Source: Epithemia pelagica
Taxonomy: Eukaryota > Protista > Bacillariophyta
Reading direction: 5' to 3'
Assembly: GCA_946965045.2 (NCBI GenBank)
Contig: OX337236.1
Span: 744,001 to 808,000, forward strand
DNA: 64,000 nucleotides
Made by a program: the position numbers and the translations under genes. Positions 1 through 11,287 of the stretch are shown here, piece after piece. Positions within the stretch are counted from its first letter, which is position 1; each line of letters starts with the position of its first letter. The notes beneath the pieces are model-generated. The model saw nothing but the letters and a program-made list of their open reading frames with translations, was not told where the DNA came from and did not search any database.

Positions 1-1629
1 ACACAAGTCAACTTCATGGTTCTATCGGCAATTGTTGGGATTTGAAATGGCAACAACAGAACTGACACCAAAGATGCTGTCCACCCACGACGAGAGACGA
101 GATGCGTGAGGCATGTTTGATTGGGTGGTATCACTGCTTCCGCTACAGGGTATCTTAGTACCGAGCGGGCTCGAAGAAAGGCAGACTCTCATTGTATACA
201 GAAACACGGAGTGTATCGCGCCGGACGATGGCAAATCACGCATGCACAGAGCCTACGACGGCGTGTGGCGATCTTTCTGGGTTGAACATGGAGCCATGGT
301 CCCTTTTTTTGTGTGTCGGAGCTGCATCTGTGCGCCTGCGTGCGTGTGTCGATATATGCGACTGAACACGTGGGAAATGGAAATCTGACGTCAGTCTATT
401 AGAAACTACTCGCGAGCGATCCGGGTTCACTTAGTATAGAAAGAATAAGTACAAAGTAGCTTTTCCACGCTTCGAGTTTAGAAGCGACCGCATCACGGAC
501 TGTTCGCGCGCCGACCCCGCATTATGTGAACACAGAACAGCTAAATGTGCGCACGAACGTCGAAGAAAGACGAGAAACTCAACCAGAATGTCTTCTTTGT
601 CGTCGTCGCTCTTCCTCGGCCCCCCTTTGTCACACTGAGTTTCTGTTTGGGATCTTTGTTGGTTGGGTGTTCTCTCTCATCGTTGTCTTCCTTCTTGGGT
701 TACCCCCAAGTAGGGGTGAGTGGTCGCATGTGTGTCGTGCTTTTGGTGTGCAAACTCTTACTCACCCCCAAGGCGCGACCTCTGAGCTCCCAGTACTGAC
801 ACAAACCTCCAAACCACCAACCAGTCTCATCGCGGCAATGGAGATATGGAGCCGTGCTTAGGGATCCTACAATGTCTTCTTCGTCGCACAAACGCCGTCG
901 CATTTCCCAGAAATCCATTAGGAAGCTACATGCTTCCCGCGGCATGGCCATTCCTCCTGCATCCGAAGCAAAACAAGAATCAAGTGATCCTATCGCCGAC
1001 ATGGCATCTCACCTTTCTTATTGTCACGTGTTGCATTGAATGGATCAATGGACATTGAAACCACTCACCAAACATTGGACTTCTCTACAGATCACTTAAG
1101 CTTGTCGACCTGCATAACGCATGGCCGAACAGCCATTAGTCTCATCATGCCACAGTAGGAGCATTTACTTGTCCCTTCAATTGACACAACTGACAAATGT
1201 TGTGATACGAGACATTTCTACTCATAAACATTGCTAATTTGATTTTGTTGAGACCCTTCTTGCTATTCCTGTCGTCATCCATCCACTCCATTTTCATTTC
1301 TTCGCTTACATGAAACATGTCCAAATCATCGTCCATAAAGCTGCACACGGAGGCTCCCAAATCAGAGCTAGAAAAAGCCGAGAAAAGCGCCCAGACGGTG
1401 GGAAACGACGTGAAGGTTCCAGCATCTCGTCCCATAGGACCACAAATGGCAGATACCCAATCACAGAGAATCACATTTCCACTCGGTCCAAACACATTTC
1501 GTAGTCATTTTCAGTAGTTTTACATTTTGTTTCGACCAAAATGTTAAACGGATGGCTGTCTCTATGACAGAGTGACTTTCTCACTTCCATGATCTGATGA
1601 GAATATCTGTCTACCACATTGTCAAAGGT

Positions 1630-2451
1630 TCATTGTCCCACTTCCTTGAGTAAGTTCATCAAGGCATCACAGTCTTTGTCCAGAGACATGGTGGGTTTGG
1701 TGAAATGAAGTTTTACCATGGAACAGACAGACAAAAGGGCGCTTCGCCCACTGTCGTTCCATTCTTGGTCCACTCCGGTAAGATTGAGAATGGCAAAAGC
1801 CTCGGCCGCCTTGTGCGCAATTCTCTCACCTACTTCCGCATCGATAAACTGACTGGCCCATTGTTCTTCCATGTTGGTTGCCCAGTACTTGGCCAACATG
1901 AACTTAGCATCATCCTCCACATCCAAGACACAGAACAAGTAGGACGAGACAACTGGAAACGGAGCGGCGTCTGCTTCGTAGCCAATTTGATCGAGCTTTT
2001 GTAGGGTTTTGTATTCACTCAGGGCACGTTCGATGTCAAACTCAAAGTTGTGATCCTTATCCCAAATGGTGTGTGGGAGATACAGCTTGGTACAAATGAC
2101 AAGGTCGTCTACTGCATCCTCATCCTGTTCCTCTCCTTCGTTAGTACTATCAGTCTTCGAACCAAACACTTTGTAGTGGGGAAGGGTGGTGGTACTTGGT
2201 GTGTTACTGGGGACTCTTGTAGGGCTTTCCGGCGCAACTGCCGTCTTCGTAGGTTCTTGTGAGGGAAGAGGAATGGTGTGGACGTCTTGGAAGGAGGTGC
2301 AAAGGTGCTTGGGTAACGATATGACGACAACCAGATTTGCTCCGTAGTGGTTGTATGGTGGGTGTTTGGTGTTCGTGTCAGGACTGGGAAATCGCCACTT
2401 TTTGAAGGTCGCGCCTTGGGGGTGAGATAGAGAATGCTCATCAAATTTCGA
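1630..2451 (-). CDS. Hypothetical protein; 5' end unresolved
   Basis: The 179-aa ORF 1630..2169 looks protein-like (acidic linker then helical region). By manual translation the same frame stays open up to 2451 with no ATG, so it needs an upstream exon or is a 5'-truncated remnant. Confidence 0.35.
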   Translation of the reverse strand, partial: SKFDEHSLSHPQGATFKKWRFPSPDTNTKHPPYNHYGANLVVVISLPKHLCTSFQDVHTIPLPSQEPTKTAVAPESPTRVPSNTPSTTTLPHYKVFGSKTDSTNEGEEQDEDAVDDLVICTKLYLPHTIWDKDHNFEFDIERALSEYKTLQKLDQIGYEADAAPFPVVSSYLFCVLDVEDDAKFMLAKYWATNMEEQWASQFIDAEVGERIAHKAAEAFAILNLTGVDQEWNDSGRSALLSVCSMVKLHFTKPTMSLDKDCDALMNLLKEVGQ

Positions 2452-2495
2452 TCACTAATCCTCATGACTCACCCCCGCTAGGGGGTACTTCTTGG

Positions 2496-4649
2496 GTGGA
2501 GCATGGTTGGTGGTCGTCTTCTTGGACCATGATGACGACGATACAACAATACCACCAGTCGTCAAAAACCGAAGAGGGCCAATCAATGGAGACGACGACG
2601 ACAAGTGACCACCAAGGTGAAGCAGAACAGCAACCTTCTTCCCCATCGGTGTCCACGCCTGTTGTTCAATCGAGTTTGAAACCGTCTGCGACATCCAACG
2701 ATCCTTCAATTCGCAACGGCATCATGGAAGGAGAAGGTGCTCCTTCATCACCGCCTGTCACCAAGGCCGTGTCGTGTCCTTCGTTGGTACAACAGAGCGC
2801 CAGCCTCCAACCACCACCGCCCCCCACCAATAACATCACTAATGCTTCCAACTTTCCTCCTTGTTCTGCTCCAACCCAGTCCACTCCCCCTTCCAATACG
2901 GTCACTTCCAACCACTATTCTCCTTCCCAACAACAGTCACAGTGGACAGCAGTGCAGCAATCCTCCTCGTCTGTTCCTCCAGTGGCAGCCTCACCTCCCG
3001 AACGGTCGCGGTCCTTTTCCACCAAGGCCGTTTTTCCCCATGCACTGTCCCCCATTGCGCCTTCTCCCACTCGAAAGAAGCAACGGACGTCCATTGTCGA
3101 TTTGAGTCCGGCTTTGGGTATACCTGAGGATGCCGCCATCAGCAAGGGGACCGGGCTCCGTGTGCCACAAGGCTTGCCCTTGGAGGATGACGACGACGAC
3201 AACAACAATGACAACAGCTGTAAGGACAATGACGACGACCAAATGCAAACGGAACCGGAACAAAACGACAAGGACGAGTCGGACCAGGACGAGGAAGCGT
3301 CCAACCCTAAAATGCCAGCACGAGGTGTGGCCTTTGACCATTCCAACAATAAAGAAGAGGACAACCATGCAGAGGAGGAGGAAGAAGACGAAGAAGAAAA
3401 TGGTGGAGAAGAAGTGGATGCCAATCTCATTGAAATGTTGGCACAAGCTGCGGCTGCTCAGGGTATTTCACTGGAATGGATCATTGAACAAGCACAAGCT
3501 GAACATGAAGCGAGAAATACCCAACCGGTCGAATATCCCTTTGATCGTCTCCCCACCAATCTGGCACAAGTGGCCGAGTTTATTCAATCGGACAAGTGTC
3601 AACGAATTCTTATTTTGGCTGGAGCGGGCATGTCCGTTTCATCAGGAATTCCCGATTTTCGATCGGCCGGAACGGGCTTGTATTCCACACTGGACGCTTC
3701 GGCACTCACGTGCACCTTGGCGCAACAAGAAGAAATACGACAAGATCCTTCCTATGCGCTCGATCAACTCTTGTTTTTGGACAATCCCTTGCCGCTCTTG
3801 GAAACGAAACGAGATTTTATTTTGGGAACCTACGAACAACGATGGAAGGCTACCCTGGCCCATCGATTTGTCGAATTGTTGCACGCCAAAACGGGCAAAT
3901 TGGTCCGCTTGTATACCCAAAACATTGATGGATTGGAAGATCAATGTACGCAATTGCCAGAGGACAAAGTTATTCCAGTCCACGGCACCATGGATCGAGC
4001 CGAATGTGCTCGTTGCAATACGCGAACGAGCTTTGCCGATTTTTGTCATCAAGTGCGGACGCAAATCAAGGACATTACCGGACGTGATGCGACGGCACCC
4101 TCCGTGTCGACCGCCATTTCCTGTCCGACCTGTGGATACCATGCTCTCAAACCGGCCATTGTTTTGTTCCGATCCAGCATGCCGCAAGAATTTTTTGAAA
4201 ATGTCGGACCCGATGTCGCAAATGTCGACTTGCTCATTGTGATTGGAACCTCCTTGAAAGTAGCCCCCGCCAATTCCTTGGTGTGGAGAGTTCCGCGATC
4301 GGCCCTCCGTGTCTTGGTCAATCGTGAAGTGGTGGGAGAACATTTGGGAATGGATTTTGGGCAAGATGAAACGGAACATGACGACGATAACGGCAACAAT
4401 AACAATGAAGAGAATGACATTCCAAACAACGACCAAGAGGATGGCAGGCGGACGACTGGCCGCGATTATTTCGCCAGTGGGAATTGCGATGATGTATTGC
4501 TCGAGTTAATGCAACATTTGGGATGGTTGCCAGATTTGGAATCGCTCTTGGGCGATCAACAAATGCCGGAATCCTGTGCTGCCTTGTTGCAAGAACGTTT
4601 GGCGGCACGAGCCGACAGTACTAAGGTTACCGTAAATAGCGTTAGTTAA
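2496..4649 (+). CDS. SIR2: Sir2-family NAD-dependent protein deacylase (class I-like) with a long low-complexity N-terminus
   Basis: Motifs LAGAGMSVSSGIPDFRS, YTQNIDGLE, VHGT, zinc ligands CARC...CPTC, KPAIVLF, IGTSLKVAP. The exact start codon is uncertain. Confidence 0.93.
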   Translation: MEHGWWSSSWTMMTTIQQYHQSSKTEEGQSMETTTTSDHQGEAEQQPSSPSVSTPVVQSSLKPSATSNDPSIRNGIMEGEGAPSSPPVTKAVSCPSLVQQSASLQPPPPPTNNITNASNFPPCSAPTQSTPPSNTVTSNHYSPSQQQSQWTAVQQSSSSVPPVAASPPERSRSFSTKAVFPHALSPIAPSPTRKKQRTSIVDLSPALGIPEDAAISKGTGLRVPQGLPLEDDDDDNNNDNSCKDNDDDQMQTEPEQNDKDESDQDEEASNPKMPARGVAFDHSNNKEEDNHAEEEEEDEEENGGEEVDANLIEMLAQAAAAQGISLEWIIEQAQAEHEARNTQPVEYPFDRLPTNLAQVAEFIQSDKCQRILILAGAGMSVSSGIPDFRSAGTGLYSTLDASALTCTLAQQEEIRQDPSYALDQLLFLDNPLPLLETKRDFILGTYEQRWKATLAHRFVELLHAKTGKLVRLYTQNIDGLEDQCTQLPEDKVIPVHGTMDRAECARCNTRTSFADFCHQVRTQIKDITGRDATAPSVSTAISCPTCGYHALKPAIVLFRSSMPQEFFENVGPDVANVDLLIVIGTSLKVAPANSLVWRVPRSALRVLVNREVVGEHLGMDFGQDETEHDDDNGNNNNEENDIPNNDQEDGRRTTGRDYFASGNCDDVLLELMQHLGWLPDLESLLGDQQMPESCAALLQERLAARADSTKVTVNSVS

Positions 4650-4871
4650 GCCTCACCAAATGTCCCGTTTTTAGGTCGCACATCGACACTATAGCTGGAT
4701 GTACTCTTCCTCTACTCTTTCTTTCATTTACTTTGTTTCTATAGTTCATTTCTGTGTGAAAAGACATTAAGATTGATATATGATATGTCCCCATTGTACA
4801 AGCCGAAACTGACAAGTTGGACCCACTGAGGCTTATCTTCCGGTGAGGCTTAACGAACGCTATTTACGGTA

Positions 4872-5476
4872 AGGGCTGGGTAAGCCGATCCATGTTCGGC
4901 TAAGTAGGCTCAGTACATTAAGCTACGTAGTACTATTTTCATCACTGTAACAAGTGGGGCGAATGGTCACAAATCGAAAACTTGCTGCCACGAGAAACAA
5001 TGCAATCCGGAAACCATCACTCGACAATGGTCGAAGAAATCACCCCCATGGCAATAACTTCATGGATAATTGAGCCTGACTGAATCACTTTTAGAATAAT
5101 ACTCTTGAATACTAGAGCAACTATGGTTTCAATTTGATTCAGTCACCGTTGAGAAATGAATGAGTTAGGAAGGTTTTTGGATTACATCACCACAGAAAAA
5201 TGAGTATACCTTTTGATCCAACGCGACAAATCTTCTGTAGCTGCAGAACACAGTAATACTAGCAAACTCAAACAACTTACAGTAGTAGGATGTTGATGCG
5301 ATGCATCGGTAAATGCATGCGGCATCAACGGATCTCGCCGTCATCGTGGAGTGTTTTTGCATTTTTTCGGACTTCCCACCATTTCAGGTAATACGTGTAC
5401 TATGGGATTTTATGTACGCTACGTAGCTTTTGTACTGAACCTACTTAGCCGAACATGGATCGGCTTACCCAGCCCT
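4872..5476. mobile_element. 605-bp MITE-like non-autonomous element
   Basis: TIR AGGGCTGGGTAAGCCGATCCATGTTCGGCTAAGTAGGYTCAGTACA (45/46 match, weaker match to ~59 bp). TA on both sides (4870-4871, 5477-5478). No coding interior. Confidence 0.85.
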
Positions 5477-6247
5477 TAGTAGCAGCAGCAATGACAACAA
5501 CACTTCTCCAAGAGCGAGGATTGCACCAATGGATGGGAACCAGTCTACACAATCTCGCATGGAAGAAACAACCATGGAGGACAAGGGCGCTTTGTAGCCT
5601 TTATCATGCACAAAGCGAGTCGTGGGGGTGAGACTCCTTGTTTTTATATGAGTGATTGTGGACGATTGGATTGTATCCAAAGCCACACAACTGTGCTCTG
5701 TCGGGCAAGCCTACGTGCGGTCTCTTCCATATATTCCTTTGTTGACACTGACAGGGGATCGTGACTTGGGGGTGTTAACGTGGAATGCGTGAATGAAAAG
5801 GGCGAAAAGGCCTTTCGCTTCGACCATGTCCAGCGCCTGGGGGACTTTTCACAAGAACAACGAGCTTGTAACGTGGTTTTGTTTCCAATACAACCTCGTC
5901 TAAGTTGTTATATAATTAGAGACTCTGTATTATAGTGACATCTTCTCTACCAAGTGTTGGGACTGCGTTGTTTTTCACTGCCGTTTCGAAATTCCGACAG
6001 GGAAGAGAGTAGTGTTTCAGCTACTACCACATCAGCAGAACTTTCCGAAAAATCACTAGGCTTGATGAAAAAGAGTTTTGTGTTTCGTCCCCTTTCCCCA
6101 TGTTCAATGGAACCTCAACTCGACGAATTCAAGACTTCGTCTACGAACTTCGTCTACGAACTGCCGCAAGCACGCAACCTCACAAGCCTCATGGTTCATG
6201 TTTTGTATTCTTCTTCAACTGGGGTTGGTGCTTGTTCGTGGATTGCG

Positions 6248-7225
6248 TCACCCCTTTGATTCCTCTGGAAATTTCACACGCTCCAAATGCTGGACCAGGG
6301 GATCTAGTATGGTGGCATTTTTTATGTAGGCATTGCATTGATAACACCAGACGGACAAATCAGAAAAGCTTACCGCAATGCAATGACCATCCTTGCAAGT
6401 TGAATCGGTAGTGTTATTGGCTTTTATTCCCTCTGTCTTGGCTTCTTGTTCCGCCTCTTCTCGCACCGTGTCGTTCCAGTGTTCCAAGGCATGACAATTG
6501 GTATATCGACTGCAACGAATGGCACCGCATTCCAGACACATCCAATTTTCGTGAGACGGACAGGATCCATCGTCAGACACATCTTGCTTGAACGAACCCG
6601 TAGCCGCCTGCGAACGATTTGGTACAACATGTGTACAAGTCGTGTCTTGGAGTCGACGGCCCTGCAAGAGTTGAGACATGGTAGATACCGTGACACCCAC
6701 ATGAGATGTGACATGGGGACAATTGTCAATGGGAATGACAGGTCCACCGGAATCCTCAGCCAGGTTTTGATCTAAAATATAATTGTAACAGGTTGTTACG
6801 TCCCATCCAACGGCATCGACTGCCTGTTGTGCCACGGTGGGAGGAAATCCAAAAATGGTCATCAATTGTTCCACTGCCTGCCATTGCAAGGCCAAATTAC
6901 GATCCTTTTCTTCTTGTGGCGAAGCTGACATGGAAACCACAAACGTATTCGACTCATCGAAAGCAGAAGATGCTGCGGCTGCGGCGGCTGTTTTGGTGGA
7001 TGTGGGTAAAGCCGCAATGGAAGCCACTGCTGCAGGTGCTGGACTTGGTTGTGACACTACGCCAGGTACTGCATCCTCTCCTCCTTCACCATCTGGTGGA
7101 TATCCCTTACTTTCCATGGGAGGAGCTTTTCGTTGGTCTTTTTGTGGATATTTTTGTGGATACGGAGCGGTAGAGGACAATGATGGGGGCTCATCGCCAT
7201 CGTCTTGGTTCGTTCTCGTCGCCAT
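6248..7225 (-). CDS. Stand-alone UBA-like + ZnF-UBP (BUZ, HDAC6-type) ubiquitin-binding protein
   Basis: UBA-like QLMTIFGFPPTVAQQAVDAVGWDVTTCYNYIL. ZnF-UBP pattern CPHV...ENWMCLECGAIRCSRYTNCHALEH...HCIAVSFSDLSVWCYQCNAYI. ATG at 7225 (MATRTNQ). Confidence 0.8.
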   Translation of the reverse strand: MATRTNQDDGDEPPSLSSTAPYPQKYPQKDQRKAPPMESKGYPPDGEGGEDAVPGVVSQPSPAPAAVASIAALPTSTKTAAAAAASSAFDESNTFVVSMSASPQEEKDRNLALQWQAVEQLMTIFGFPPTVAQQAVDAVGWDVTTCYNYILDQNLAEDSGGPVIPIDNCPHVTSHVGVTVSTMSQLLQGRRLQDTTCTHVVPNRSQAATGSFKQDVSDDGSCPSHENWMCLECGAIRCSRYTNCHALEHWNDTVREEAEQEAKTEGIKANNTTDSTCKDGHCIAVSFSDLSVWCYQCNAYIKNATILDPLVQHLERVKFPEESKG

Positions 7226-7615
7226 GGTCGGAAACTGGCAATTCAGGACCTCGTGACCGGATTGAAATACTCCTCTAGTAGTAGATGGCAAATGATTGAT
7301 TCTCTACTCGCTCTACTCTCTAGCTAGCCATTGGCAATAGCTATGGATATAGCGTGTTTGTTCTTTTCATAGGAGTGTGTAGGAGTACCATAGAGCTATA
7401 GCGATACCACAAGGAGAAAGGGGAGAAAGTATGAGAGCTCCATGCTTAATAAAAGAACCACCTTATTTCAAAGATGAATACTTGTTATTATTGTGTTATC
7501 TCTCGTCTTTGGGATATGTTTCTTGAGTAGGGGAGTTTGATCGATCAAAGGCACAGAAGGTATTGGGAGCGACAGTGCCATTGCTGTAACCATGGAGGAA
7601 CGCTCCATCTCATTT

Positions 7616-9292
7616 TCAATAGACCCATCCCAATTCTTTCATGGCTTTGGCCACTTTGAGGAATCCAGCACGATTCGCTCCTTGTTCCAGTGTGATTGTC
7701 CCCTTGCCCGCACTGCTGTCGTCGCCTGTTTGTTGTTCTTGTTCCATGAGATGATAAATGGTTTTCATCATGTCTTGTAATTTTTGGTCCACCTCCTCGG
7801 CTTTCCAGGTTAATCGTTGGGCATTTTGACTCATTTCCAAGCCACTGACACCCACACCACCGGCATTGGAGGCCTTGCCCGGAATGTACAAGATATTGTG
7901 GGATCGCAAATACTCTTGCGCCGCAATCGTGGTGGGCAAATTGGCACCTTCCAACACACCGACAATGCCATGGGTTTGCACCAATCGTTGCGCACTGCTG
8001 GCATCAATTTCATTTTGTGTCGCACAGGGCAAGGCCAAGTCATAGGGAACAATGTGATTGGGTGCGAGTGTCCAGGGCGATTCCTTGGCATAATACACTC
8101 CCGACACGGCATGTTGAATACTGCTCAATCGTGCTCGATCGACGGTTTTGCAATGCACAATAATATTCCAATCGTCTCGTGTCATGCCATTAGGAAAGAC
8201 CAGGACACCACTGGAATCACTCATGGTCATGACCTTGGCCCCCAAATACAAGAGTTTTTGAGCGGCAAATTGAGCGACATTGCCCGATCCCGAAATGGCA
8301 CATTGCATGCCCTCGAGACTGCTGCGCTTCAATTGCCCTTGAACAGCCAATTGCGTCATGTACACCAGTCCATAGCCAGTGGCTTCTGGTCGTAAGGGAC
8401 TTCCGCCAAAGGCCAAGGATTTGCCAGTCAAGACACCTTCCCCATGCTTGTTGGTGAGTCGTTTGTACTGACCATAGAGGTATCCAATTTCTCGTCCTCC
8501 CACACCAATGTCACCGGCAGGTACATCGGTGGAGGGATGCAAATATCGGTACAATTCCGTCATGAAGGATTCGCAAAAGCGACGGACTTCGGCGTCCGAT
8601 TTGCCCTTGGGGTCAAAGTCGGATCCGCCCTTGCCACCCCCCAAGGGCAATCCGGTCAAGGCATTTTTGAAGATTTGTTCAAATCCCAAAAATTTCAACA
8701 CACCTTCATCGACCGTGGGATGGAAGCGCAGGCCGCCCTTGTAGGGGCCCAAAACACTATTGAATTCGACACGCCATCCGCGATTGATGTGCAAGTGTCC
8801 GGCATCGTCCATCCACGGGACACGAAAGGCAATGACACGTTCGGGTTCTGTCATGGTCAAAAAGGCTCGTTGATAAAAGGCACCATCGACTGAATCTTGA
8901 AACAAATCGAGGAGCGAGACGGCCATTTCTTGGACGGCTTGCAAAAAAGTGGGTTGATGTGGGTACTTGGTGCGCAAGTCTTGAAGCAAGTCATTCAACA
9001 GTTTGTCGTCACCACTGGAGGTCGTTATCGTTGTTGATGAGGGGTTTTCGGTTGGACAGGCAGATACATCGTGAGAAGCATCCTTGGATGTTGTTGTTGT
9101 TGGAGTAGTAGTTGTCGTTGCGGCTGTCGTTGTCATGGTGGAAGTTGCGGTAGCAAACAGAACGTTCGTAGAATTAAAAAAGAATGTAGTTGTTGTGGTT
9201 GCAGTTGTCAAGAATATTAGTTTTGTGAGCAGAGATTGCCAATTCCCGCAACCCAAATCATGATGGCGGTGATGGTGTCTCCTGGTCATCAT
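7616..9292 (-). CDS. gdhA: NADP-specific glutamate dehydrogenase with a Thr-rich N-terminal extension
   Basis: EPERVIAFRVPW, NRGWRVEFNSVLGPYKGGLRFHP, KFLGFEQIFKNALTGLPLGGGKGGSDFDPKGKS, DVPAGDIGVG, RPEATGYG, SGSGNVAQ, PCATQNE, EGAN, PGKASNAGGV. Confidence 0.96.
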   Translation of the reverse strand: MMTRRHHHRHHDLGCGNWQSLLTKLIFLTTATTTTTFFFNSTNVLFATATSTMTTTAATTTTTPTTTTSKDASHDVSACPTENPSSTTITTSSGDDKLLNDLLQDLRTKYPHQPTFLQAVQEMAVSLLDLFQDSVDGAFYQRAFLTMTEPERVIAFRVPWMDDAGHLHINRGWRVEFNSVLGPYKGGLRFHPTVDEGVLKFLGFEQIFKNALTGLPLGGGKGGSDFDPKGKSDAEVRRFCESFMTELYRYLHPSTDVPAGDIGVGGREIGYLYGQYKRLTNKHGEGVLTGKSLAFGGSPLRPEATGYGLVYMTQLAVQGQLKRSSLEGMQCAISGSGNVAQFAAQKLLYLGAKVMTMSDSSGVLVFPNGMTRDDWNIIVHCKTVDRARLSSIQHAVSGVYYAKESPWTLAPNHIVPYDLALPCATQNEIDASSAQRLVQTHGIVGVLEGANLPTTIAAQEYLRSHNILYIPGKASNAGGVGVSGLEMSQNAQRLTWKAEEVDQKLQDMMKTIYHLMEQEQQTGDDSSAGKGTITLEQGANRAGFLKVAKAMKELGWVY

Positions 9293-9576
9293 TATTTTTG
9301 GATGGTGTCAAGGTTCGAGGAATGTGTGTTCCAACGACTTCCCTGTAGGATGATATCCCGCTATGTTGGGTATGTCACGATTGAGATACGAGACCGAGAC
9401 GTTTGTGGTTGGTGTCAACGAGGCTGCTCGGGTTGTGAATGGATTGTTCTTTGGCAATGATGGAGTTGAAAAACAGAGGGTGGAATCTTGTCTGGGCGAA
9501 AAATGAGAAATCACAAATCACAGATGATGATGGTGTCATCTTTTTTCGAACCCGTGGGGCGCAAGCTGTTGGTCGC

Positions 9577-9625
9577 GCCACGTGGCATCATGTCGAAGTA
9601 TAAAATCCACGCCATGCCACGTGTC
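9577..9625. promoter_or_regulatory. Pair of G-box (CACGTG) elements upstream of GDH
   Basis: GCCACGTGGC at 9577-9586 and GCCACGTGTC at 9616-9625. CACGTGGCAT/ATGCCACGTG form a perfect 10-bp inverted pair about 290 bp upstream of the GDH start. Confidence 0.35.
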
Positions 9626-9634
9626 AAAATTATT

Positions 9635-10056
9635 GAGTCGCACAAAAATTAGTCGCTCAAATAATCCATGACATGCTTGGGGGCTCGGTGAACCAATGAC
9701 GCGTCGACCAGATAAGGTACAATATTTTTCTATGCCAGACAGAAGATCTCACTCCACAAGGACCAATCACAACATCCCTTTAAAATTTCCTTTTGTTCGA
9801 CGTTCCAGTCAGAGATTTTCGTATCTGGTTGACGAGCTGCTGTTGTAAGCATTGTTTGTTGTTGGACTGCCACAAGAACTGGAACGAGCAAGACCAGTCG
9901 TCATCGTTTGCGGGTTGAAAAGAAGGTTAGCAGAATGCCAGAAAACGAGAACAAAAAGAAGAAACGATGAGGGCGAGGAAGAGGACGAGGAGGCCAACCC
10001 GGTGGTGGTGGTGGAGGCGCTGGTGGTGGAAACAAGAACAACAACAGATCGTCCCT
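9635..10056 (+). repeat. Diverged, truncated duplicate of the helicase upstream region and first codons
   Basis: 9635-9690 matches 35761-35818. 9690-10056 matches 38967-39316, e.g. shared gttggactgccacaagaactggaacgagcaagaccagtcgtcatcgtttgcgggttgaaaagaaggttagcagaatgccagaaaacgagaac. A premature TGA (aaacgatga vs aaacgagga) breaks the frame. Confidence 0.9.
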
Positions 10057-10254
10057 AATTCCCGGTCTTCATCTCTTCCCTTGCGTCTTGGTCCCTTGGT
10101 CGAGCTATCCATTTCACTGAAGTATCGTTCAAACGGCCGATCGTTCCAGATTGCGTCGAACTTGTCCCTGTGAATCCGACGCGAGTCGACGACTCCCAGT
10201 TCCGGGAATGCATGGAACATGAGCGACCAACTCGCCCCCAGGAGGGGGGTAGGA

Positions 10255-10335
10255 GTCGACCATGATCTTTTCTATGCCTCACTCCACAAGGACCAATCAC
10301 AACAAGCCTTTAAAAATTCCTTGTTCGACGTTCAA
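10255..10335 (+). repeat. Third partial copy of the helicase promoter segment
   Basis: gtcgaccatgatcttt...caaggaccaatcacaac...ttaaaaattcc...gttcgacgttcaagtca resembles 39000-39087 and 9703-9810. Confidence 0.75.
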
Positions 10336-10529
10336 GTCATTGATTTTACGATTTATCTACTTCTTCATCATCCTCTTGATCAATATCCTGTGTGGGACCA
10401 TCAGGATCCGAAATTCGACTTCTTGGTCGACCCGATCGATTCTTTTGGCCAGTTTTTCCCGTTCGCGACGACGGCGACGACGTGGTGGATTGCAAAACAA
10501 GTGATTCATTTCAAACACCCATGACCCAT

Positions 10530-11287
10530 TGTTAGGATTCTCACCGAAAACTAGGTGGCGAAACCTACAACTCATCGAATGATGCTAGTATTTTATGGCA
10601 TCCGATGACATTTTCCTAAAAGTGAGAAAAGAATGTCGGCATGCTCGCGAAACTATAAATTTGGCCACGGCATGCTCGCAGTGCACGCGTTATCGGCGAC
10701 CGCTCGGATATTAACTATGGCCCAACACGTGCGCGCCCAAAACTATCACGTGCGCGCCTCTACTATCCGAGTACGCGCATCCACGATTCGACCTAACGGT
10801 CTATGTAATCAAAGCACGAATCACGATCACGCGAGACCATATCTCTGTTCCCACAAATCCAAGAATGCAAACAGCAACGCGCCCAGGACAAGACTTATAC
10901 CACGACAAAGCAAGAGCTGTTGCATCCCATACATGTTATCCATCACCCTATACATTCAATATACACCAATGCCGGTCTACTCCAACCAGTGAGGACCTAT
11001 CACACCAGATCCATGGCCGTATGCAAGAGCCAGGACTTCGGCACCGTCAACCACCTTAGTTAGTAATCATCTCACAATCATTAATATCACCATTTTAACA
11101 CTCATCTTAAGACTAACCTCTTATCAGTGGACCGACTGCCCCCACCCACGGCGGACTTCGACTTGCAACTCTTCTCTGACCCGTGGAGGATTGTTGTATC
11201 GGTTGGTGATTCGATTGTCGGCTCAGCGAGCCTTTTACCTATCCTACCTATCTGTCTAACCCCTGTTGAATCGAGAGAAGTTTATCA
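10530..11287 (+). repeat. 5' LTR (758 bp)
   Basis: Starts tgttaggattctc, ends gaagtttatca. By eye it is identical to the 3' LTR except for a 3-bp indel (ctaggtggcgaaacc vs ctaggtgaaacc). Confidence 0.97.

Noticed and set aside
2-109. Possible 3' end of a gene entering from the left (…WFYRQLLGFEMATTELTPK…)
   Set aside because: Too short to identify or support.
3130-4436. Long shadow ORFs over the Sir2 gene (3130-4242 +, 3642-4436 -), and similar ones over the helicase, hydrolase and CTC1-like genes
   Set aside because: They are off-frame or antisense by-products of genuine CDSs.
4870-5478. TAA/TTA 3-bp TSD (Harbinger) reading of the MITE
   Set aside because: The left flank TAA and right flank TTA are not direct repeats; only TA is duplicated.
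9927-10250. Minus-strand ORF with a protein-like start (…RIHRDKFDAIWNDRPFERYF…)
   Set aside because: It is short, runs into the antisense helicase duplicate and matches no family I recognise; at most a fragment.
10633-10992. 119-aa ORF duplicated at 33352-33711
   Set aside because: It lies within the LTRs; the identity reflects LTR duplication and there are no protein-like features.
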